In this document: in pieces, positions 25,922-33,964 of the stretch | Position numbering within the stretch: position 1 is the stretch's first letter | Layout of the letters: each line of letters opens with the position of its first letter | From: Candidatus Thorarchaeota archaeon | GTDB lineage: Archaea; Asgardarchaeota; Thorarchaeia; Thorarchaeales; Thorarchaeaceae | Assembly: GCA_048882045.1 (NCBI GenBank) | Contig: JBHLRZ010000030.1 | Coordinates: 1-34,810 of the forward strand | Length of the DNA: 34,810 bases | Direction: 5' to 3' | The notes under the pieces: generated by a model | Told to the model about the DNA's origin: nothing | The model's input: the letters and a program-made list of their open reading frames with translations, nothing else | Databases searched by the model: none | Program-made: the position numbers and the translations under genes

Positions 25922-26281
25922 ATGACTAGGGAAGATATCAAACCGCCTGTCAACCTCAAAATCGCTTCGATGAAAGATCTTGCTAGGATGCTTGTGTCAT
26001 GGTCTCAGAGGGACCGACCTGCAAGCATGCTCTACTTTGAGCACGAGGGTAAACACATCTATGGTACGCTCATATCAAATCATGGTTACTTTGAGCACTA
26101 CGGGTTGCCACTATGGGTACACGCAGTAGGCGATGGACCTCCTGAGGGTAGTTTCTTGGCATACAAGGCACGACCGAAGGAAGACCTGTTTTGGGTTGAG
26201 TCACTAGAAGGTGCAGAACCTCAGACTGTTCACATGCCTGTCATCAAACTGGCAAAGAAGCTCGATATATTGGATATCTAA
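25922..26281 (+). CDS. Conserved small archaeal protein resembling the TACK 'cren protein' family
   Basis: I.SMKDLAR, KHIYG, GYFEHYGLPL and a terminal PVIKL pattern recalled from crenarchaeal conserved proteins. TATA-like CTTATAAG lies about 35 bp upstream of ATG 25922. Confidence 0.6.
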   Translation: MTREDIKPPVNLKIASMKDLARMLVSWSQRDRPASMLYFEHEGKHIYGTLISNHGYFEHYGLPLWVHAVGDGPPEGSFLAYKARPKEDLFWVESLEGAEPQTVHMPVIKLAKKLDILDI

Positions 26282-26442
26282 TCAAGATGTCCTGAGTTCC
26301 ACAACCTCCTACCATCTACTAATGTTGGCATGTGGGAAAAACACGTCCAAACACATGTTTCTGCTATCCATGCCTAGGAATATGGATAGACTGGAGTTCA
26401 ATATGGTCACTTGAACCTGTACGTCGTCCACTACTCGAAATA

Positions 26443-27483
26443 TCAGTAAATTTCTCTGGAAGAGGCTCTGAGATAGCTAACGACAGTCAATCCTCCATAG
26501 ACAAGGAATGCTAGCCAGATAATTGCAGTGATGAGTAACAGATTGGTTTTGAAGAAGAGTTCGACAACAAGAAAGAGACCAATGACAAAGAAATTCGATA
26601 TTCCTCCTATTGTTGTGTCATTTTCGACCTTCAGAACGAACTTCACAATATACATGATCGCTACAATCGACAATGATACCCAGTTAATGTAAAGATTGAA
26701 CAGATCAGACTGATCCAGGAAGTATATCGTACCTAAAGGGGTTGGTATGGGAGGTAGATAGAGATACAGAAATACAGCGAAGATGATGAACTCCACTATT
26801 CGTATCCATTTTGTTGGTGTCTTTGTATAGACCTCTCCATAGAGACCTCGATCATACTCCTGAGCTCCAAAGTAGATGAAATAGACTGGTGCTCCGAAAC
26901 TTAGTGCATTGACAAGACATTGAGCAAAGCCATAGACGACCCTCAACCAGAAGCTTTCCCAAGTCGATAGAATAGTATTCCACACATCAAGATAGAGTGG
27001 CATGAACTCAAGCATGACAATGACTGGAAGAATACAGAGGGCTATCGCTATTGGTATGGCAATCGCTGCACCAGCCCTTCCTCCTCCAAACTTACCAACA
27101 CCAATCCTATAGAACACTGTAGCCGCAACAAACACTCCCAGAATGATTGCCAAGGGGGGAGTCGCCATAGGTAACACGAATAGCATCAGTACAAATGCCG
27201 CATTAGCGCCATAGAAGACACGCCATCTTAGAGGCACACCAGCTATTGTTTCATCCATGATGTGTACCGTATTTGCCAGTCTGTATCGCTGATAATAGAT
27301 GAGTCCAACCCATGGTGCGGAGAAGACAATCGGCACGCCTATGTGATGGAAGAGTAAGTTCCACAATGGGTCTCCAAATGGCATCATCTGGGGTATGAAG
27401 AACATCAGCAGGAAAAAGTAGATTGGACCAATGATGGCAAGCACAACAACAGTGATCCGGGTCATTAACCAGTCTGGACTCAA
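26443..27483 (-). CDS. Uncharacterised polytopic membrane protein (about 9-10 TM)
   Basis: 346-aa, very hydrophobic ORF with a TTG start; no recognised motif. Confidence 0.7.
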   Translation of the reverse strand: MSPDWLMTRITVVVLAIIGPIYFFLLMFFIPQMMPFGDPLWNLLFHHIGVPIVFSAPWVGLIYYQRYRLANTVHIMDETIAGVPLRWRVFYGANAAFVLMLFVLPMATPPLAIILGVFVAATVFYRIGVGKFGGGRAGAAIAIPIAIALCILPVIVMLEFMPLYLDVWNTILSTWESFWLRVVYGFAQCLVNALSFGAPVYFIYFGAQEYDRGLYGEVYTKTPTKWIRIVEFIIFAVFLYLYLPPIPTPLGTIYFLDQSDLFNLYINWVSLSIVAIMYIVKFVLKVENDTTIGGISNFFVIGLFLVVELFFKTNLLLITAIIWLAFLVYGGLTVVSYLRASSREIY

Positions 27484-27585
27484 TGGTACGTCTCCAGACT
27501 ATCGTTGTCCTGAGTCTGATATAAGTTTACACGGGACATGAAGAGAATTTATTTGGACGCTTGGAACAGGGAGAATCAAGTAGGT

Positions 27586-28374
27586 GTGAGTCGAGTGTAC
27601 AAGAGGAAACTTACTGCATCTAGTTTTGTGAGAAAGAGCAAGCTGATCATAGGTCTGGATTTGACTTCTGACATGGCTGGCAAGAACGCTTCTGCTGTTC
27701 AAGCGGAGAAAAAACGGTTAGAGGATGAGGCACTCAAGATCATCTCACAAACTGCAGAACATGCAGTCGCATTCAAGATCAACCGTCATCTTGTCCTACC
27801 AGTCGGTCTCTTCGAGGGTATTCCTCGAATCATTGATGCAATCCATGATGCTGGAGTCACAGCAATAGCTGACATCAAACTGAACGACATCGGAAATACG
27901 AACAAACACATTGCCAAGTACTACTTTGATGCAGGATTTGACGCACTCATCGTAAATCCACTCGTTGGGATGGAGGGAGGTCTCGCAAGCGTCTTTGAAA
28001 TGGCAACTCTGAAGAAACGTGGAATAATCACACTGTGCTACATGTCACATCCAGGTGTAAAGGAGGGATATGGCCTCTACGTTTCACCTGATGGTAAGAA
28101 GCCTGAACCGTTCTATATTCACTTTGCGAGAATTGCGCGAAAATGGGACACCGATGGTGTCATTGTCGGAGCTACCTATCCCGAGAAGATTACTGAGATT
28201 CGAGAGGTTCTTGGATCAGAGATTCCCATAATCAGTCCAGGAGTCGGAGCCCAAGGTGGTAGCGCAAAAACAGCGATTGACGCAGGGGCAGACTTTGTCA
28301 TTGCTGCCAGGTCCATTGTCAATGCTGAAGATCCAGCAGCAGCGGCTGCTTCAATCAATTCAGAAACCAGATGA
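27586..28374 (+). CDS. pyrF: Orotidine 5'-phosphate decarboxylase
   Basis: LIIGLD, AFKIN, IADIKLNDIGNT (DxKxxD), MSHPG, VGAT.P and SPGVGAQGG. Probable GTG start at 27586; the ORF extends to ATG 27538. Confidence 0.95.
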   Translation: MSRVYKRKLTASSFVRKSKLIIGLDLTSDMAGKNASAVQAEKKRLEDEALKIISQTAEHAVAFKINRHLVLPVGLFEGIPRIIDAIHDAGVTAIADIKLNDIGNTNKHIAKYYFDAGFDALIVNPLVGMEGGLASVFEMATLKKRGIITLCYMSHPGVKEGYGLYVSPDGKKPEPFYIHFARIARKWDTDGVIVGATYPEKITEIREVLGSEIPIISPGVGAQGGSAKTAIDAGADFVIAARSIVNAEDPAAAAASINSETR

Positions 28375-28552
28375 GAATTACAATCAATCGCACATTTTTG
28401 ACGTTCACTTTTGTACATGGGAGTTCGGAAGCGTACGTTCTAAACAAGAATCCTGTGGAAAAGGATAAAGGCGTCTTGGAGTAGATGCATGTACAGAAGT
28501 GGACATACTTCTAATCTCTTGGATTGGTGTGGATCCTAGGGAGCGGTTATCA

Positions 28553-29827
28553 ATGGCCAGAATAATGAATGGGTACAGCTTTGCTACCTGGACTAGTTTT
28601 ATCGAAGAATCTCAGATTAGAGCTCTTCTCAAGTACAAGGTCAAGTACTATTTTGCTGGTGGAAAACCTGGTATAATGCCTACTGACATTTTCGCTGATA
28701 TTATGGCTGATCTCAGCGAGCAATACAAGAAGGACCCAAAACTTGCGCTAGAGGACTTCAATTATGGACCAACTGGAGGTCAACCTTGGTTCCTGAAGAC
28801 TTTGGCAGAACGTCTTAGCAGGGTCAGAGGTATTCCCATCGACTATGAGGAACAATGGGACAACGTATCAATTACTAATGGGTCTCAACAGGCGATATAC
28901 GCAATTCTTGATACTTTGATTAATCCAGGTGATGTCATCATCACTCCCTCTCCTGCCTATCTCGGCTTTCTTGTTCCTGCAGTGAAGCTTGGAGCAAGAG
29001 TCATTACAATTCCTACCGATCTCGATGGAATCATCCCGGAGGATGTCGAGAAAGCAGTTGAGGTTTCAAAGAAGAAGCTTGGAAAGTGTCCTGACATCAT
29101 CTATGTGGTACCTGATTCCGATAATCCCAAAGGCACAACACTCCCTCAAAAGCGGCGTCAAGCACTCTTTGATATAGCTGAAGCGGATGATATTCTTCTT
29201 GTTGAGGATTCTGCATATGCAGAAATCCAGTTCAAGCAGAATCCGAAACCAATCAAAACCCTCGACAAGGAGAACGAACGGGTTGCGTATCTGGGAACAA
29301 GCAGCAAAGAGGCTGCAGTACTTCGAGTCGGGTATTCAGTTCTTCCACCAACCGTAAGAGAACAGGTTCTGAAGGACAAGGGGTACTTGGATCTCTGCAC
29401 AACCACACTAGTACAACGAATCCTTGACATCTATTACAAGAACCACATCGATGAAGCTATGAGGGTAGGAATACCTCAGTATCGCGTCAGGTACGAGGCG
29501 ATGGCTAAGGCAATTGATGAATCATTTCCTGCTGGTACTCGAACCGATCCAACTGGAGGGTTCTTCATTTGGTGGCAGAGTGAAGACAAGAGCTTCAATG
29601 CTGGTGATTTCATGGAGAAGATTGGTATTCCCAATGATATTCTCTATGTTCCCGGTGCTGCCTTCTATCCAATCACAGGTCATAGACTGACCAAAGACAG
29701 CAAAGATCTTCGTGAGAGTCTTCCTGAACACAATACGATGCGACTCGGATTTTCATACGCTCCTCCTGAGATCATCACAGAAGGAATTGCGAGGCTGGGA
29801 GAACTGCTTACAAAGGAGCTCGGTTAG
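28553..29827 (+). CDS. PLP-dependent class I aminotransferase (2-aminoadipate transaminase/MocR-like)
   Basis: FAGGKP, YGPT.G, ITNGSQQA, NPKGTT, EDSAY, GTSSK (PLP Lys), LRVG, GGFFIW and MRL.FS. Confidence 0.9.
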   Translation: MARIMNGYSFATWTSFIEESQIRALLKYKVKYYFAGGKPGIMPTDIFADIMADLSEQYKKDPKLALEDFNYGPTGGQPWFLKTLAERLSRVRGIPIDYEEQWDNVSITNGSQQAIYAILDTLINPGDVIITPSPAYLGFLVPAVKLGARVITIPTDLDGIIPEDVEKAVEVSKKKLGKCPDIIYVVPDSDNPKGTTLPQKRRQALFDIAEADDILLVEDSAYAEIQFKQNPKPIKTLDKENERVAYLGTSSKEAAVLRVGYSVLPPTVREQVLKDKGYLDLCTTTLVQRILDIYYKNHIDEAMRVGIPQYRVRYEAMAKAIDESFPAGTRTDPTGGFFIWWQSEDKSFNAGDFMEKIGIPNDILYVPGAAFYPITGHRLTKDSKDLRESLPEHNTMRLGFSYAPPEIITEGIARLGELLTKELG

Positions 29828-29828
29828 C

Positions 29829-31556
29829 TCAGATTGAGAAATTGACAAACACTGTGGCGCCATTCTTCATGGATCCAACATAGGCTCGCTCATAGGGTCC
29901 AAAGAGATCTACAAATCCTGAATTGATTGCCCACTCAATCCAAGACCAAGACGACTCTTGACCTAGTTTATTTTCTGCAAATTCACCGAATGTCCAGCTC
30001 AGATATCTCTCGAGATCAAGTTTCACAAACTGGAGTTTCTCCTGTTCCTCTGCCGAAGAGGTCGATATCTTTTCTGAAACATCATCAAGAGATTTTTGCA
30101 GTTTTGCATGGGTGTCAAGAATCAGCCTTCCGAGTTCTTCCAACTTTTCGTTCATCTTGTCATCTTGTTGCTTTTTCCTGAACCTCGAGGCCTTGCCCAT
30201 GATGCTAAACATATCACCTCTATGAAGGACCTCTATCCCTTCCTTCTCGAGGCTCTTCGCCAGAGCCTCGTTCCATGGTGTATTGAAATAGATTCTTGGG
30301 TATTTCACGAAGAGTGGGAATGGTATAGACATGGCTGCTACTGATGGAATGATTTGGGCATAGTAGGCCGCCTCCCCTGGTCCTCCCACATGTGCCACAG
30401 TTGGTATGATGGTATCGACCAACATCTGTCTTGAGTCTACTCGGGGAGAGATGAGTGAGGCAATCTCTCCAAGAAATGGACTGTCAGCTGAAGTTTCAAT
30501 CTCTACAGGTTGCGAACATGTAGGACATTTCCCTCTGAGTATTGCTGTCGAACCTCTCTCCTCATAGTGGAGTTCAGTCCTGCTAGAGTTACAACCTGGT
30601 TCTGGACATTCGTAGAAGAAGGGCACATAGTCTGGATCACGACGCCCAATACCAGTACTATATCCACTACTCTCGATAAGATCAGTGATCTCTCCATGGG
30701 TCTTCAGGAATCGGTCTCTGTTATCCCTAGCTAACAAGAACTCCATGCCTTCCACCAGCAGTTCACGTATTTTCTTGTGGGATGCTGGGACCAGTGGAAT
30801 TCCCAGGTTTCCTACAACATTGAAGAGATGTGCCATGATTCGTTGAGACCACTCTCCAAGGGTGGATGTGCTCAGGAATGATTGTCTTACGCTTGTAATG
30901 GCCTGTTCAAGTCGTTCTTCGAATAGAAGACGTGAGTTGCCCTCAATGACCTTGAAGATTGGTCTGTAGCTTGATCTAAGGTCATCTTCGATTTGGTTCA
31001 ACCAATCGTGTCCTGGTAGTGGGATCACACTTACAGGGGAATTTTCGTACCCTTCTGGTACTGGAATACTTACGAGATTTCCATTCGAACCCATGATTGG
31101 TGTTCGTATATTTGTGAGTTCAGTCTGCACAATGTCATAGTCAGCCACACAGAAGAAAGGAGTGAGTGGAATCCCTCTGTCTGTTGAAAGTGAAGCCACA
31201 CGCACAGCAGTAATGGCCTTGTTCAGAATATATGCGGGACCTCCCATCACAACTGTTTGGTGCGCTGATTCAACTGCACCATCTGAGAGGTTGTTGATGT
31301 TCTCCACTACTTTAGGTGTCAATGCTCCAAGATCTCTGTTAACTTCCATCAGAGTTTCTTGAAGTATAGTATTCCTTTCTGGAATGTGCCAAAGTGTGTC
31401 CTTGTAGGCATTCAGAAGTGCAGGCGCTCTGTCAGCGACAGCATCCAATGTGATTGGTGGTGAATCATAGAGTTTCTCTGCGAGTTCTTGGTTTGCACCA
31501 TTCCAGACGAACTCTTGGTAGATGTCAAAGACACTCGGTTTCAATGTGAACCTCAT
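29829..31556 (-). CDS. bshC: Bacillithiol biosynthesis cysteine-adding enzyme BshC homolog
   Basis: SAHQ.V.MGGPAY...KAITA (compare bacterial TGQQ/HQ.GL.GGP.Y...K), PFF..AD.D, PTVAHVGGPGE.AYYAQ and P...PR; directly downstream of bshA. Confidence 0.88.
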   Translation of the reverse strand: MRFTLKPSVFDIYQEFVWNGANQELAEKLYDSPPITLDAVADRAPALLNAYKDTLWHIPERNTILQETLMEVNRDLGALTPKVVENINNLSDGAVESAHQTVVMGGPAYILNKAITAVRVASLSTDRGIPLTPFFCVADYDIVQTELTNIRTPIMGSNGNLVSIPVPEGYENSPVSVIPLPGHDWLNQIEDDLRSSYRPIFKVIEGNSRLLFEERLEQAITSVRQSFLSTSTLGEWSQRIMAHLFNVVGNLGIPLVPASHKKIRELLVEGMEFLLARDNRDRFLKTHGEITDLIESSGYSTGIGRRDPDYVPFFYECPEPGCNSSRTELHYEERGSTAILRGKCPTCSQPVEIETSADSPFLGEIASLISPRVDSRQMLVDTIIPTVAHVGGPGEAAYYAQIIPSVAAMSIPFPLFVKYPRIYFNTPWNEALAKSLEKEGIEVLHRGDMFSIMGKASRFRKKQQDDKMNEKLEELGRLILDTHAKLQKSLDDVSEKISTSSAEEQEKLQFVKLDLERYLSWTFGEFAENKLGQESSWSWIEWAINSGFVDLFGPYERAYVGSMKNGATVFVNFSI

Positions 31557-31562
31557 CCTCCC

Positions 31563-32723
31563 TTATGATACCACATCTTCGAATACTTTCTCGTACTTAT
31601 CTACAATCTGCTTGGACGAGAATGATTCTTCCACACGTTTTCTTCCAGCCTCTCCGAGACTCTTTCGTTTTGAGTCATTTTCTAACAGTTCTATAACTGT
31701 CTGAGCATATTCCTCCTGTTCGAATCCTTTTGTGACCGCCCCATCCTTCCCTGGACGCACGAGTTCAGGAATACCTCCTGCAGGTGTTGTTACCACTGGA
31801 AGACTACATGACATCGCTTCCAAGAGCACTAGTGGCATTCCTTCCAGTGTAGAGTTCAGGAGGAACATATCAGCGGAGCACATTATCTCCTGCATGTTAC
31901 TCTTCACGCCGAGTAAGTGTACATTGTTGCAGAGGTCCAAAGCCTCTATCTTTCTCTCCACTTCAATACGAGTTGGACCATCACCTGCGATGATCAACCG
32001 CACTTCAGGAAAGTGGTCAACGATTATCCTCATGGTTTCAATCAGTTCCACCACTCGCTTGACCTTTCGGAAGTTTGATGCATGGAGGAGAATCTTCTCC
32101 CCTGGATTGATTTCTGCAGCATCCGCTTCTGAACGGAGTCCGACACATCCACTCTCGACGATCAACCGCACACCACTCAGAGGTTTGAACCTTTCAACAT
32201 CTATGAAATTGGGAATCACATGTATTTCTCTCTCGATTCCGAGCTCCTCGTGAGCCTTCTTCTTCAGAAACTCGGAAACTGCAGTGACAGCATTGGCTTC
32301 CTCAACGGTATGTTTCACAACTGGTTGGTATGCTGGGTCTAGACCCAATGTGTGAACATCTGAACCATGTAATGTGACAACGTATGGTATCCCAATAATC
32401 TCCCTCGCCATGTATGCTGACATTGCGTGAGGAATCGCATAGTGGGAATGGACCACATCCAGTTTCGAGGACTTCGCGACTTTGATAATCTTGGAAGCGA
32501 GTGCCATGGCATAGGGTGGTCCAGTGGTCTTGAACAACGGATAATCAAACCGGTCGACGAGATCCACGTGTACTCCAGTCGTCTGCTCCCACATGAGAGA
32601 GAAGGGTCTCTGGTAGGTGATAAAATGTATAATGTGGTCTCTATGGGCCAGTTCCTGGCCAAGACGTGTGGCGAGATGTCCTGAGCCACCGACTGAGGGA
32701 TAAAGGTTGACTCCTATTCTCAT
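31563..32723 (-). CDS. bshA: N-acetyl-alpha-D-glucosaminyl L-malate synthase BshA (GT4 glycosyltransferase)
   Basis: RIG...YPSVGGSG..AT.LG.ELA...H..HFIT...PF, YPLF...PY...LASK, HSHYAIPHA, TLHGSD and HASNFRKVKRV, which is the diagnostic BshA pattern. Confidence 0.93.
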   Translation of the reverse strand: MRIGVNLYPSVGGSGHLATRLGQELAHRDHIIHFITYQRPFSLMWEQTTGVHVDLVDRFDYPLFKTTGPPYAMALASKIIKVAKSSKLDVVHSHYAIPHAMSAYMAREIIGIPYVVTLHGSDVHTLGLDPAYQPVVKHTVEEANAVTAVSEFLKKKAHEELGIEREIHVIPNFIDVERFKPLSGVRLIVESGCVGLRSEADAAEINPGEKILLHASNFRKVKRVVELIETMRIIVDHFPEVRLIIAGDGPTRIEVERKIEALDLCNNVHLLGVKSNMQEIMCSADMFLLNSTLEGMPLVLLEAMSCSLPVVTTPAGGIPELVRPGKDGAVTKGFEQEEYAQTVIELLENDSKRKSLGEAGRKRVEESFSSKQIVDKYEKVFEDVVS

Positions 32724-32833
32724 CCTTCCATACTCCTCTCTCCCTCACATCCCTCCATGCCCCTTTAAGGCAAATGGTCTGGACAAAGGTAGAGTGCCAA
32801 ACCTTGATTAGATGGTGTTAGAAAGAACTCAGT

Positions 32834-33502
32834 ATGAGCGGTTCTGATGAGGGAACAATACTTGTTGTAATTGCGCATCCTGATGATGAAACTCTGGGTG
32901 CAGGTGGAACCATCAAGAAACACGCAGAACATGGGATTCCTGTCGATGTAATCTGCATGACTGGGAATGAACAGCGGAATGAGGAGCTCAAGAGTGCATG
33001 CGGCATTCTCAGAGCGAGGAATCTGTTTCTCAGTGAACGTGACGACTTTTCAATTGACACGGCCCTAACGAACGAGGTTGTTGGAGCAATTCTAAAGTCC
33101 AGACCTAGGATTATTATCACTCATCATTCGGAGGACTATAACCGTAACCACCAGCAGTGCGCTCGCATCGTCGATGAGGCTGTGGAATGGGCCTCACACA
33201 CCACTATCTTTGATGATGCGCACAGGGTCGAGAAGATATACAATATGGAGATCAACACACTGATTTCCAGACCCAATGTACATGTTGACATCACTGATTC
33301 ATATCGAGCTGCATTGGCGGCCCTCAAAAAACACAAGTCTCAGGTCAAGAAAGCTGATACTTTCTATGAGAAACTCTATGATGCACGAACTCGTTTGCGA
33401 GGGGTTCAAGCTGATTGTGAAAGAGCAGAAGCATTCTCAATAACCCTTCCTAGACATGCTGGTCCCTTCTATCGTGAAAATAGTGTGGATCTATTGATTT
33501 AG
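32834..33502 (+). CDS. bshB: PIG-L/LmbE family N-acetylglucosaminyl deacetylase, BshB-like
   Basis: LVVIAHPDDE..GAGGTI, R..E...A..IL, VDITD, HKSQ and RG......AEAF; divergent from bshA. Confidence 0.8.
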   Translation: MSGSDEGTILVVIAHPDDETLGAGGTIKKHAEHGIPVDVICMTGNEQRNEELKSACGILRARNLFLSERDDFSIDTALTNEVVGAILKSRPRIIITHHSEDYNRNHQQCARIVDEAVEWASHTTIFDDAHRVEKIYNMEINTLISRPNVHVDITDSYRAALAALKKHKSQVKKADTFYEKLYDARTRLRGVQADCERAEAFSITLPRHAGPFYRENSVDLLI

Positions 33503-33507
33503 AGGTT

Positions 33508-33897
33508 CTATGCACCTTCAGACTTTCTTCTTCTGGCTGCGAGAAGTTGTTTGAGCTCTCCCATCATACTCATTCCACCACCAGCTCCAGCTGGTCTTGG
33601 AGTAGGTGCTTTGGCCATTGTTGGGATTGGCTCTCCACCACTAGCCGCGGCCGCTGGATCTGCAGCTGCTGCAGGTCCACGAACCGCCATTGAGGACATC
33701 CTGTTCTCCAACGCATCAACTTTGCTCTCTAAATCCATGATAGAAATCTGGATATTGGTTATGGCCTCAGTCAGCTTTGTTGTGATTATACTGACCACTT
33801 CTCCAAGCTGACGGATCTTCTCTTCATTTGGGTCTTTCAATGCCCATTCGAACTCATCCATGATTTCTGCTTCAAGCTCTTTCTTTTCATCTGGCAT
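33508..33897 (-). CDS. Small coiled-coil protein with Ala/Pro linker and C-terminal Ena/VASP F-actin-binding-like helix
   Basis: Coiled coil (ITNIQISIMDLESKVDALENRM), low-complexity linker and tail GGGMSMMGELKQLLAARRRKSE. Likely start is ATG 33897 after GGGGT; alternatives are 33921 and 33957. Confidence 0.7.
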   Translation of the reverse strand: MPDEKKELEAEIMDEFEWALKDPNEEKIRQLGEVVSIITTKLTEAITNIQISIMDLESKVDALENRMSSMAVRGPAAAADPAAAASGGEPIPTMAKAPTPRPAGAGGGMSMMGELKQLLAARRRKSEGA

Positions 33898-33964
33898 TAG
33901 AAATACCCCGTGATTTGACATGAATTGCTGTAGTCCCGCTATAAACCTTGTTTGCACTTAAGAA

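Noticed and set aside
26282-26445. SECIS element or selenocysteine read-through
   Set aside because: No adjacent gene shows an in-frame TGA at a conserved Cys position, and read-through of the TGA at 26443-26445 meets TAG after three codons.
23151-27483. Ced-like DNA import system (HerA/VirB4 ATPase plus membrane proteins)
   Set aside because: The ATPase lacks a CedB-type membrane anchor, the membrane genes are on the opposite strand and not operonic, and there is no recognisable CedA similarity.
28553-29827. Aminotransferase as part of the bacillithiol pathway
   Set aside because: It is convergent with bshC and co-oriented with pyrF; there is no known transamination step in the pathway, so adjacency alone is insufficient.
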